A stretch of DNA of 64,000 nt from Escherichia phage vB_EcoM_3HA11, in sequence record MN342150; one strand, 5' to 3'. Of this stretch, positions 1 to 8,717 are shown in pieces. Position 1 is the first letter of the stretch. Each line of letters opens with the position of its first letter. Below the pieces are notes generated by a model, which worked only from the letters and a program-made list of their open reading frames with translations, searched no databases and was not told where the DNA came from. The position numbers and the translations under genes were made by a program.

Positions 1-248
1 CGCGCATGCTGGGGTATGTGGATTTGGTGAGTGGTTCTTGGTATCAACGTACTGCCAAAGGCGGGTTTGATCCAGAAAAAGAAAAGAAATATCGTAAGGC
101 AGAGCTGGGGGATGACTTCTGGTATCCGTTGCTGGAAAACCCAGACTTTGTTGACGATGTGAACAACATGTTCGGTATCTCTCAGAGTTCGGTTATGCCT
201 GCAGATATGCTGGAGCGCCTCGATAATGTCATCAAAACAACCGAGTAA
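1..248 (+). CDS. 3' end of an upstream gene truncated by the window edge (product unknown)
   Basis: Open frame running to the window start, stop at 246-248; lies just upstream of the helicase, where T4 has uvsX/40, but no motif recognised. Confidence 0.3.
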   Translation, partial: RMLGYVDLVSGSWYQRTAKGGFDPEKEKKYRKAELGDDFWYPLLENPDFVDDVNNMFGISQSSVMPADMLERLDNVIKTTE

Positions 249-555
249 TATTGCAGGGGGAGGAGACTCCCCCGTTAATTACAAAATCATCGACCCTGGT
301 TCTGATCAGTTAGCTATTATCGAAATAACGGAAGGCAAGTTCCGCGGTGTTCAATTTCGTATAGGAAAAGTGGGTGTCCATGTAGACAATGGAGAACCTC
401 GGTTATCCTTTACGACGGATATATTGAAGAAACCATGGCGTTTGTTATTTGTTAATTTGAAAGAAAATGACTTGTTCACTGTGGTGTCTGGGGATATCTT
501 AGTTGATCTGATACAGCAAAATGCTCAGGATTACAACAAAATTTTGGTGGGGTAG
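226..555 (+). CDS. hypothetical protein (109 aa)
   Basis: ORF directly abutting the helicase start; no recognisable motif. Confidence 0.4.
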   Translation: MSSKQPSNIAGGGDSPVNYKIIDPGSDQLAIIEITEGKFRGVQFRIGKVGVHVDNGEPRLSFTTDILKKPWRLLFVNLKENDLFTVVSGDILVDLIQQNAQDYNKILVG

Positions 556-1986
556 TTGCCAATGTTACTCGAATCTGTCGTGCTTTCCCAATTAATCTAC
601 AATGAAGAATATCAAAGAAAGATCCAGCCGTATTTGAAAGCCGATTATTTCGATAACGAAGGCGAGAAGATTATATTTGGTCTTATAGACCATTACACTT
701 GCGAATATAATGCTCGTCCTTCGGTTGAAGCGCTGTCTATTATGCTGGAAAAGACTTCGCTCAATGAACACGTATTTGATCAGGCCATTTCTGCTCTTGA
801 AAATATTAATGACAATACTTTTCATCAGGACTGGTTAGTAAAAGAAACAGAAAGTTGGGCGCGTCAGAAAGCTGTTCATAACGCAATTAGACAAGCCGTT
901 AACATATACGGCGATGAGAAACGCAAAGATGAGATGAACAACATCCCTACTTTGCTGCAAGAAGCCCTGGCGATTCAGTTTGATTCATATCTCGGTCACA
1001 TCTATTGGGAAATGGCTGAGCAACAATACGACCACATGAACTCTAATGAAGCGAAGATCCCTTTCGCCGTAGAGATATTCAACAAAGCAACTCGTGGTGG
1101 TGTTGGCAAGAAGACATTGAACATCGTTACAGGCGCAATCAACGCAGGTAAGACAACAACTCTGATTGATTTGGCTGCTGGTTATGCCGAGCAGGGGTTG
1201 AATGTGTTCGTATTCACCCTCGAAGTGGCCGAGAACGTCTGGCGACACCGCCTTGATGCCCGTATGATGCGCAGGGACTTCGAGTCCTTAGAGAAGCTCT
1301 CACGGCACGAGTATATTGCCACCATACAAAAACTGAGAACCCGTCAAGACGGTTCCATGAAGGGTGATATTGTTATCAAGGAATATCCTTCGGGCGCGGG
1401 GCATACAGGTTTGTATCGTCGTGATATTCTTGATTATGCGACTGTAACAGGAATTACACCCGATGTCATCATTATTGACTACTTGGGGGAATCTGCGTCT
1501 TCTCGCCTTCCCGCTCACTTGATGCAAAACACCAACGTGTATTATACATCCGTGGCGCGAGAATTCCGTGCTCTTGGGTTTGAGTTTGATTGCCCTGTTT
1601 GGACAGGTATGCAGTTTAACCGTGAAACGCAATCAGCAACTGATGGTAATATCAGTGACTTGGCAGACGCTATCGGTATCCCGAAGGTCGCTGACTTTAT
1701 CATGGCGTTTTATGCCCCAGACGAACTGGCGGCTGTTAAGAAAGCCAGAGCATCAATCTTGAAAAATCGTTATGCCAACAAGCAGAAACTCAAATCATTC
1801 TTGTTTGGTATGGACCAAGATAAACAGATCTTGTTCGACTTGGACTGGAATGAAGTCAAACGAGACCTGACTGATGAAGAAGCCCGTTATGTTGAGAACG
1901 TGCATATCAAGCATGACTTGAATAAAACGGGGGACTCAAATGATGTTAAAAAAGCCGAGACCGTCAATAGTTGGAATTTCGGTTAA
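556..1986 (+). CDS. 41: replicative DNA helicase, DnaB-like (T4 gp41 homolog)
   Basis: 476 aa; Walker A GAINAGKTT; N-terminal and HQDWLVKETESWARQ segments collinear with remembered T4 gp41 (HSWLVKETEKY); size matches gp41. Confidence 0.85.
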   Translation: MPMLLESVVLSQLIYNEEYQRKIQPYLKADYFDNEGEKIIFGLIDHYTCEYNARPSVEALSIMLEKTSLNEHVFDQAISALENINDNTFHQDWLVKETESWARQKAVHNAIRQAVNIYGDEKRKDEMNNIPTLLQEALAIQFDSYLGHIYWEMAEQQYDHMNSNEAKIPFAVEIFNKATRGGVGKKTLNIVTGAINAGKTTTLIDLAAGYAEQGLNVFVFTLEVAENVWRHRLDARMMRRDFESLEKLSRHEYIATIQKLRTRQDGSMKGDIVIKEYPSGAGHTGLYRRDILDYATVTGITPDVIIIDYLGESASSRLPAHLMQNTNVYYTSVAREFRALGFEFDCPVWTGMQFNRETQSATDGNISDLADAIGIPKVADFIMAFYAPDELAAVKKARASILKNRYANKQKLKSFLFGMDQDKQILFDLDWNEVKRDLTDEEARYVENVHIKHDLNKTGDSNDVKKAETVNSWNFG

Positions 1987-1987
1987 C

Positions 1988-2015
1988 TTCAATAATGGTG
2001 GTCATAGGGTATAAT
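1988..2015 (+). promoter_or_regulatory. promoter-like motif TTCAATAA-N14-TATAAT
   Basis: Upstream of the gene at 2050. Confidence 0.35.
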
Positions 2016-2049
2016 CTCTATGATCTGAATATTAACCCAGGAGCACATC

Positions 2050-2382
2050 ATGTCGGATGTTGCATTTATAGCTGACCTGATTCGGGCGGCACAACAGGTG
2101 TGCCAGTCTGGAGAAACCAGTCTCAAACTCACTACAGAGCAGACTCTAGAATTTTATAAGAATCGTCGGCATTGGGGTAAGAATGTCAAGATACATTGCG
2201 AACCAGGTGAATTGGTTCAGCTTGATCTTCCGTCTTTTCCATTGCCGGTACAGACCAACACTCAGGAATATTACAATGTTGAAGGCGTTGATATTATTCC
2301 TAAGTTTGGTTTTCACAGTATCGTTTACTTCTTCCTACGCCGTTTGGGAACCAGTATCGGCCCACTCGGTTCTCGTCATTAA
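2050..2382 (+). CDS. hypothetical protein (110 aa)
   Basis: ATG preceded by AGGAG RBS and a TATAAT box; no motif. Confidence 0.4.
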   Translation: MSDVAFIADLIRAAQQVCQSGETSLKLTTEQTLEFYKNRRHWGKNVKIHCEPGELVQLDLPSFPLPVQTNTQEYYNVEGVDIIPKFGFHSIVYFFLRRLGTSIGPLGSRH

Positions 2383-2394
2383 TGAGGATATATT

Positions 2395-2706
2395 ATGTCA
2401 GTTGAACAAATTGGTTTTTATCAACTCCCTTCTGATCCGAAACTGCGTCAAAAGATGATGCAGACATTGGAAAATTGCCGCGCCGCCCAGATCCGTATCA
2501 AGTCTGAACAGACATTTGTTACCGAAGCTCTGGCCGAATTGGCAAAAGAAACAGGCATCAAAGCCGTTGATCTGCGCAAAGTCGTTACTGACCGCGCTGG
2601 CGGAACTTACACCAAGACCATCGAGACCAGCGCCAAATACCAAGATCTCTATGAGTCTCTGTATCCTAATGCAGCGCCTGATCGCGCAGCCGATCCTCAG
2701 CCATAA
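2395..2706 (+). CDS. hypothetical protein (103 aa)
   Basis: ORF followed by a hairpin/T-run terminator at about 2716-2747. Confidence 0.45.
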   Translation: MSVEQIGFYQLPSDPKLRQKMMQTLENCRAAQIRIKSEQTFVTEALAELAKETGIKAVDLRKVVTDRAGGTYTKTIETSAKYQDLYESLYPNAAPDRAADPQP

Positions 2707-2715
2707 ATCCCCCAG

Positions 2716-2747
2716 AAAGCCCAACAAATTGTTGGGCTTTTTATTTG
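2716..2747 (+). terminator. rho-independent terminator
   Basis: Hairpin AAAGCCCAAC-aaatt-GTTGGGCTTT followed by TTATTTG. Confidence 0.5.
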
Positions 2748-2757
2748 AAACCTTTAC

Positions 2758-2781
2758 TTCAATAAAACATACGGCTATCAT
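2758..2781 (+). promoter_or_regulatory. promoter-like motif TTCAATAA-N10-TATCAT
   Basis: Upstream of the gene at 2825. Confidence 0.3.
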
Positions 2782-2824
2782 TTAACCTACTTTGAAAAGT
2801 TTCACTATATCATGAGAGGCAGAT

Positions 2825-4018
2825 ATGAAAGCCAAGACCTTCAGTATTCCTATCGACAACATTGGTCGTGTCAAGGAACGTCTGGCCAAACTTGAAAGAA
2901 CGGCCAAGCGCCTGAATCTCGAGTTCCCTCTTGTCGAATACAGCGAACCATACAAAACCCAGCATCGCGATTCTATCACTGGTGAAAAATTCTATCGGTG
3001 GTGGCAGGATTGTACACTCACTGGTGAAGGCATCGACCGCCCCGTTTCCTACGGCGGGTGGAGCATTATTGGACAATTCAATCACCAATATCCAAAAGTC
3101 ATCTTGAATAAATTAGCAGATGACATCCACCCTAATTTCATTCAAAGATTCGAAGCCGAAAACGTGTCTTGGTGTGAGCATTGTAATAAATCTGTGCGTC
3201 GTCATAACACATATGTTGTTCGTAACGAACAATCCGGCGCTCAAATGTTGGTCGGCAGTAGCTGTATGCACCATTACGTTCCTCATCAGAAATCGCTTGA
3301 TGCCGTGATGTCTTATTATATGTCGATACATGAAATGTTCTCACCTGATGAAGATGACCCTGAAGGCATCTATCGAGTGAACGAACCTGATTACGTTGAC
3401 ACTGAAGGTTATTTGCGGAATTGCTTTCAGGTTCTGCTGTCTGGTATGAGTATGAAGAGCGATGATTTTGGTCGAGTTCTTGGTCATATTTCTAGCGGGA
3501 CTCGTCCGGAGAAAGGTTCTGACATTGAGATATTCTATAACAAGGCTGTTAAAGCCCGTGAAGATGCTCAATCAGAAATGTACCATATGATGCTTTTCAT
3601 CGCCGCGTTGTCTGAGAACAATGATTTCAACGTTCGCCTGAAACGTATGTGTGAACCTGGATATCACCTCGTTAAGGACTCCACGACAGTTCGTTGGGGA
3701 GCAGCAAAGTATTATGATTATATCCACACCCCCCGCCAAATGCGTTCTGTATCAAATTGGGTGGGGGAAGTCGGTGAAATGTTAGAAGTGCAAGTCAAAT
3801 TCGAAGCAAGGATTTTCCTGCATTCATCTGATTATGGTGACACGTATCTGTATACTTTCAAAACCAAAGAAGGCAATACCATTACATGGAAGACTTCTTA
3901 TATGGAAACCGAATTCCTGGAAGGTGATATGATCATTCGTGGTCGCGTCAAAGAATTGACCGAATTCAAAGATGTTAAACAAACTCAGGTAACAAGGGCA
4001 AAACTGAGGAAATTATGA
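2825..4018 (+). CDS. hypothetical protein with Cys/His cluster (397 aa)
   Basis: Long ORF with CEHCNKS...SSCMHHY putative metal-binding cluster; occupies the position where T4 has primase gp61 but no TOPRIM or gp61-like N-terminal zinc ribbon recognised. Confidence 0.5.
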   Translation: MKAKTFSIPIDNIGRVKERLAKLERTAKRLNLEFPLVEYSEPYKTQHRDSITGEKFYRWWQDCTLTGEGIDRPVSYGGWSIIGQFNHQYPKVILNKLADDIHPNFIQRFEAENVSWCEHCNKSVRRHNTYVVRNEQSGAQMLVGSSCMHHYVPHQKSLDAVMSYYMSIHEMFSPDEDDPEGIYRVNEPDYVDTEGYLRNCFQVLLSGMSMKSDDFGRVLGHISSGTRPEKGSDIEIFYNKAVKAREDAQSEMYHMMLFIAALSENNDFNVRLKRMCEPGYHLVKDSTTVRWGAAKYYDYIHTPRQMRSVSNWVGEVGEMLEVQVKFEARIFLHSSDYGDTYLYTFKTKEGNTITWKTSYMETEFLEGDMIIRGRVKELTEFKDVKQTQVTRAKLRKL

Positions 4019-4130
4019 TTCTTTTACAATTTGTTTTGAAAGCATTTGCATTCGGTCTTATCGCATGCGGAGTGATCACAGCTATGCTGTTAATCATAGC
4101 CCTGATCATCCCCTTTAAGAGGAAACGCTG

Positions 4131-4340
4131 ATGGAATGTTCATGCGGAGGGCAAGGCACAAGTGCATACTTGCCATTTAACACCGTCAAGGAAGCCGAAG
4201 ACGCTGGATATGCCGTGGATAAGGCTCCCTGTGTAATTGCCACCAAGGATTGTCCGTGCTGTAAGAGGCACTCTCAGAACGTTTGGTATGCCCCAGAAGC
4301 AAAGGGCAAAATTAATTTATTGAATATGATGAGGAAGTAA
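4131..4340 (+). CDS. small Cys-rich protein (69 aa)
   Basis: AGAGGA RBS; CSCGG...CPCC cysteine pattern. Confidence 0.4.
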   Translation: MECSCGGQGTSAYLPFNTVKEAEDAGYAVDKAPCVIATKDCPCCKRHSQNVWYAPEAKGKINLLNMMRK

Positions 4341-4341
4341 T

Positions 4342-4683
4342 ATGACCACACTCGTAGAAACATTATTCCCAGGATGCACCCTTGGGCGCGGTGGTAGCGA
4401 AGCCAACGGGCTGGCAATTGACGCCGAACCCCAGAACTGCGTTGTTATCGACAAATTCCATGACAATCATTATGCTCTGAATGATCGTCGCGATCATTAT
4501 TTGGTTTCTGTGGGAGAATCTTTGGTTCACCTTCGAATCTGTTCTGCTTTACCAGGATATGGGTATGACGCATTTGCTTATATCCATGATGTTTCCAACG
4601 GCGCGTTGGGGAAAGAATCCCTGATTGAAAAATTCAAGAGTTGGAAGGAGTCCTTCACCTCTGTCACACCACCTAAGAAATAA
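4342..4683 (+). CDS. hypothetical protein (113 aa)
   Basis: ATG 1 nt after previous stop, GAGGAAG RBS. Confidence 0.45.
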   Translation: MTTLVETLFPGCTLGRGGSEANGLAIDAEPQNCVVIDKFHDNHYALNDRRDHYLVSVGESLVHLRICSALPGYGYDAFAYIHDVSNGALGKESLIEKFKSWKESFTSVTPPKK

Positions 4684-4698
4684 TTGAGGAATATATTA

Positions 4699-5307
4699 AT
4701 GTCACTGAAAACATTTTTAAACCGCCTGTTCAGCACTGTCGAGGCCAATTTAACTGCAGGTTTGGATAAACTCACAGATACCGAGAAGCGTTTGAATCTG
4801 GCTGCACGGAAACTATCTGATGAAATCCGGCGTTTAGAAGAAGCCCGTGTAACCAATGTCCACCATGGCGTTAAGATGAAGAAGACCGCTGATGAAAATC
4901 TGGCTGAAGCCATCAAGCGAGAAACCATTTTGAAAGATGCGATCGCTCGTGGAGTAACTCCTACCCGCGCCGAAGCTTTAATCATACTCCACCGCCGTCG
5001 TATTGGTGAAGCCTTGCTGGATAAAGTCAAAGAGATCGAATCTGGCAGCGTGAAATTGAATTCGGCGATTGTTGAATTGGGTGACAAACTGGACGCTGTT
5101 AAGTCTAATCTCGAATTGGTCCGAATTCAGAAAGAATCGAATGATCTTGGGTTAACTTTACCGGAAGACATCGATTACGCGGCTGGAATGATTAATGTCG
5201 ATGTTGATGCTATCCTTCGGGAAGCTGAAATCGCAGATTCCAATTATTCTACCAATAGCCCTTCAGCAACAGAAGCGGACAATTATCTGGCAAATTTATC
5301 AAAATAA
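4699..5307 (+). CDS. coiled-coil protein (about 203 aa)
   Basis: ORF-track frame from 4684 (TTG); first ATG at 4699 with GAGGA RBS; heptad-rich, charged sequence. Confidence 0.45.
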   Translation: MSLKTFLNRLFSTVEANLTAGLDKLTDTEKRLNLAARKLSDEIRRLEEARVTNVHHGVKMKKTADENLAEAIKRETILKDAIARGVTPTRAEALIILHRRRIGEALLDKVKEIESGSVKLNSAIVELGDKLDAVKSNLELVRIQKESNDLGLTLPEDIDYAAGMINVDVDAILREAEIADSNYSTNSPSATEADNYLANLSK

Positions 5308-5344
5308 TATAGAAGGGGCATGTGCCCCTTCATTTGGGGGATTT

Positions 5345-5917
5345 ATGGTCATTATTGACTCAACAGATATTTTGATTGCTGTTCTTAGTATGGTTGGGGT
5401 CTGTATTCTCGTTATGGGAATCAAAAAATCTTTGGGAAAACAAGTTGTTGAGGCCGTCTCCTCAGATTTACAACCAGAAAATACCACGAAAAATGTTAAA
5501 GACATAAAACTTATTCTGAGTAGCCGTGTGTCCAAAAGTTTGGTTCCGAGCATAGATGATTTCAACTTACACTACAAAGACCCAGACACTACTCCTGAAG
5601 AATATTTTCAATATTTCATGAAAGGTTTGGGTTGGCCGTTCATAGAATCGTGTGTATCAAAATCAAATTGTTTCTATTTGAAAATAGCATGTAAAGGTGA
5701 ATATCAGGCTGTATGGTTTTGGAATTACGACGACACTTACGATAAACAATTTTTGATATATCTTCACAGGTTGTTTAAAGAGTATATGAACAACGGCAAT
5801 GTCCCTGTTCACAAGGTAGAAACTGTAGAATCTATCGTGGATCGTGCTCGAACTCGTAATGGAACGAAACCAGATTATCTTTCCAAGTATGGATTTGTTT
5901 GGAAGGAGGACATATGA
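5345..5917 (+). CDS. membrane-anchored protein (about 190 aa)
   Basis: Internal ATG of ORF 5195..5917 located just after the terminator-like hairpin; N-terminal hydrophobic helix ILIAVLSMVGVCILVMGI. Confidence 0.45.
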   Translation: MVIIDSTDILIAVLSMVGVCILVMGIKKSLGKQVVEAVSSDLQPENTTKNVKDIKLILSSRVSKSLVPSIDDFNLHYKDPDTTPEEYFQYFMKGLGWPFIESCVSKSNCFYLKIACKGEYQAVWFWNYDDTYDKQFLIYLHRLFKEYMNNGNVPVHKVETVESIVDRARTRNGTKPDYLSKYGFVWKEDI

Positions 5918-6081
5918 AAGACATTTCATTTTATATTTGGTCTGCAATATTATTTTTCGGGATCTTGATTATTCTTTTTCAACCGTTTTGGGCCGAATGG
6001 ATCAATAATAGAAGAATGCGCAAATATGGAGTGGATGTTCTTCAGATTGTAGATAAGGCTAGAAAAAGACGCAGCAAATAA
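5914..6081 (+). CDS. small membrane protein (about 55 aa)
   Basis: ATGA start/stop overlap with preceding gene, AAGGAGGA RBS; one hydrophobic helix then basic tail. Confidence 0.35.
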   Translation: MKDISFYIWSAILFFGILIILFQPFWAEWINNRRMRKYGVDVLQIVDKARKRRSK

Positions 6082-6134
6082 ATCTATTGAAGTCTCTGGG
6101 GTTATAATAACAAGACGAATAACCCTGGAGACAC

Positions 6135-7562
6135 ATGATGCTTCCTCTCTTAGAAATAATCCAAAATCTTCGTGATACCAAAGGCACTAATGCTAAGAAA
6201 GCCGTGTTGACCGAAGCGTTCAGAACCAATCCGGAACTGGTTGATTTCCTTCAATACGTTTATGATCCAATGCGTTCTTATTATCGCACCCAATTCAATC
6301 TGAATGCATTCCCTCGTATGCTTTCGCGCGGCGTTGTCGGTAGCTGGGATCAGGTTTATGACGTTCTTGATATGATGTCAGAACGTCGTATTGGCGGGAT
6401 GAAGGCCGACCAAGAACTGGCAAAAGCCGCAACGAATATTCACTCTGATTATCACACCCTCATCCAGATCATTCTCGACCGAGACATTAAAGCGGGGATT
6501 GCTGAGAAAGGTATCAACGCAGCATTCAACGCAGCCGGAGGCACAGGTCGCCTGATTAACATCCTCCCATATCATCGTTATGGCAACATGACGATTGATT
6601 TGTTGAAGACGATGGACTTTAAGCGTGGCGTCTTCAGCCAGCTGAAGTCAGATGGCATGTTCGCCAACATCATCTGTCGTTATGGAAGAGACCCAGAGAT
6701 TCGTTCTCGTTCCGGTTCTCTTATTGCAGGAGGTTCTGTTGATAACCTGTCATTAGTTTTCAAAGACCTGATCTACGATGCGGGGATTGGTGAAAGTGTA
6801 TTCCATGGTGAACTCCTCGTCATTGATCTGAAAACGAATACAGTGTTGCCTCGGGCTATCGGCAATGGTAAGCTCAACAGTGTCATCCAAACGGGTGAAC
6901 CCCTGGAAGATCGTTACAAGGTGATCTACCGAGTGTGGGATGTTGTGCCGTATGACAAGTGGTTCGCCGCCGAGCGCGTGGACACGCCTTACGAGCAGCG
7001 CTTCGATATCATACAGCAACTGTTTGATGAAGGCGATGGTCTGGTTCAGGTTCAGGAGACCCGTGTCGTTCATTCGTTCGAAGAGGCGGTTGATCATTTC
7101 AAGGACGCACTGGCCCGTGGTGAAGAAGGAACGATCTGCAAAGCGGCTGATATGCCATGGGAAGACGGCACGTCCTCTGAAGGTCTGAAGCTGAAGATGG
7201 AAGTAGAATGTGACCTTGAAATCGTTGGCTTCAATGAGGCCGACAAGAAAGGGAAACACGCCAAGACATTTGGTTCCCTCCTCTGCAAGACATCCGACGG
7301 CCTATTAGTCGTTGGTGTCTCTGGGATCTCAGATGAGCTGAGACTCCGGATGTGGGAAAACCAGGGCGACTACATTGGCATGATAGCTGCAGTGCTCTCT
7401 AACGGTGTCCAGGATAAAACAGATGACGCCATGAAGTCCTTGTTCCTCCCGCGACTTGTCGAAGTGCGCACAGACAAGAAAGTTGCCAACACGCTGGCTG
7501 AAGTCTATGCTATCCAGAAAGCGTACATTGAAAACATTCTGGTGTTGTTAGAGGCAGCATAG
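6135..7562 (+). CDS. 30: ATP-dependent DNA ligase (T4 gp30 homolog)
   Basis: 475 aa; adenylation motif KSDG (LKSDGMF); N-terminus LLEIIQNL...KKAVLTEAF parallels remembered T4 ligase ILKILNEIASIGSTKQKQAIL. Confidence 0.85.
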   Translation: MMLPLLEIIQNLRDTKGTNAKKAVLTEAFRTNPELVDFLQYVYDPMRSYYRTQFNLNAFPRMLSRGVVGSWDQVYDVLDMMSERRIGGMKADQELAKAATNIHSDYHTLIQIILDRDIKAGIAEKGINAAFNAAGGTGRLINILPYHRYGNMTIDLLKTMDFKRGVFSQLKSDGMFANIICRYGRDPEIRSRSGSLIAGGSVDNLSLVFKDLIYDAGIGESVFHGELLVIDLKTNTVLPRAIGNGKLNSVIQTGEPLEDRYKVIYRVWDVVPYDKWFAAERVDTPYEQRFDIIQQLFDEGDGLVQVQETRVVHSFEEAVDHFKDALARGEEGTICKAADMPWEDGTSSEGLKLKMEVECDLEIVGFNEADKKGKHAKTFGSLLCKTSDGLLVVGVSGISDELRLRMWENQGDYIGMIAAVLSNGVQDKTDDAMKSLFLPRLVEVRTDKKVANTLAEVYAIQKAYIENILVLLEAA

Positions 7563-7575
7563 TCACGATTGAATT

Positions 7576-7596
7576 AAGGGGGGTATAACCCCCTTT
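7576..7596 (+). terminator. rho-independent terminator after the ligase gene
   Basis: Hairpin AAGGGGGG-tata-ACCCCCTT followed by T-rich TCAATAAAT. Confidence 0.45.
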
Positions 7597-7619
7597 CAAT
7601 AAATCTATGGCAGTATAAT
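7595..7619 (+). promoter_or_regulatory. promoter-like motif TTCAATAA-N11-TATAAT
   Basis: Upstream of the gene at 7648, just after the ligase terminator. Confidence 0.35.
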
Positions 7620-7647
7620 TCCAACAAATCATCACAACGGTATTGTT

Positions 7648-7911
7648 ATGAAACTTGTTGACAAACAACCAAGAAAGAATAATGACTCATTACATCTCTT
7701 AACCATTATGCGGGAGTTGGGAGTTTCTGAATTGCAAATGATGAAGATGATGAATTGTTCTGACGTTGTCTATAATTGGACAAACGGTTATCGTCTTATC
7801 CCAAAATCATTCCGTCGTTTTATTTTGGCATTGGTGTTTATTCATCGCCAAGGAAAAACAGAAGAGTTTCAACGTTTCGTTAAATCAGAGGAGAGATCAC
7901 GTGGTTGGTAA
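7648..7911 (+). CDS. small putative DNA-binding protein (87 aa)
   Basis: Helix-turn-helix-like segment LLTIMRELGVSELQMMK; preceded by TTCAATAA-N11-TATAAT promoter-like motif; position matches dsbA/33 in T4 (synteny only). Confidence 0.35.
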   Translation: MKLVDKQPRKNNDSLHLLTIMRELGVSELQMMKMMNCSDVVYNWTNGYRLIPKSFRRFILALVFIHRQGKTEEFQRFVKSEERSRGW

Positions 7912-8054
7912 AAATCCGCCGTCATATGTCAAAATCGGGATCGCTTTCCGGAACGCCATGCTTTTCATTAAAGAGAAAGGCTTGATGTCGGAGTTCAATC
8001 AGTTCTGTTCTGAACGCCGCAGATTACAGAAACAGAAAAGCAGGGAGAAACGCC

Positions 8055-8717
8055 ATGATAACTGAGTGGGAGAAAATGCAATATGAACGTGCATTTAACG
8101 TTTATTGCATATATATGGCGATCAAGTTGCATTTCACCACCAAAGATTTTGATTATGGTCTGTATGGGCCGATGAACAATTACAAGTTTGAAACATTCTA
8201 TTCTAAACAGGGTGTGGCCAAACAATTTGCCAAACTTGCTCGTCGGTTTGAATCTTCCCAGGGTGAAGTGGTGGAAAATTATATCATCGCCAACTTTGTT
8301 AAATCACCAAAAACATGGGTGACAACATTACTCACCCGTCAGGCTCAAGAAAATTATAATGAATATCGCCGCCTGTACGATAACTTTTCATATAATTTTC
8401 TTGACCATTTTGAACGTTATATGATTCCGGAAATAAAAGAAAGAGGTGTGAACTTTATCCAGTACATCAAAGGAAATGGGAATGGTCACCCACCGTTGCT
8501 GACAGACATTATCATCAAACGTTATCCGATTTGGTTTTTGGTTGGATTGAATAAAGTGGTGGGATTTATTCATTTGTATGATACAATACTCAAGGAAGAT
8601 ATTTATTGGAATTCTGAGTCGTTCTTATTGAAAAAGACTAATTCTGTGGTTCCGGATGAAAATACAGAATACACGAAAGGAAAACTCCGTGAGCTAATCC
8701 TTGCCCACGGAATTTGA
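8055..8717 (+). CDS. 59: helicase loader / helicase assembly protein (T4 gp59-like)
   Basis: 220 aa; N-terminal YCIYMAIKLH and IIANFVKSPKTWV resemble remembered gp59 YKLYLMIKQH / ISNLVANQDAWIG; size matches gp59 (217 aa). Confidence 0.5.
   Translation: MITEWEKMQYERAFNVYCIYMAIKLHFTTKDFDYGLYGPMNNYKFETFYSKQGVAKQFAKLARRFESSQGEVVENYIIANFVKSPKTWVTTLLTRQAQENYNEYRRLYDNFSYNFLDHFERYMIPEIKERGVNFIQYIKGNGNGHPPLLTDIIIKRYPIWFLVGLNKVVGFIHLYDTILKEDIYWNSESFLLKKTNSVVPDENTEYTKGKLRELILAHGI

Noticed and set aside
592-1762. ORFs 592..825(-), 985..1248(-), 1300..1632(-) and 1568..1762(+) inside the helicase gene
   Set aside because: They are antisense or out-of-frame within a clearly conserved helicase ORF and have low-complexity translations; treated as spurious.
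2825-4018. Calling this ORF the primase (gp61)
   Set aside because: Synteny suggested it, but the sequence shows no TOPRIM motif and no similarity to the gp61 N-terminal zinc ribbon as I remember it; left as hypothetical.
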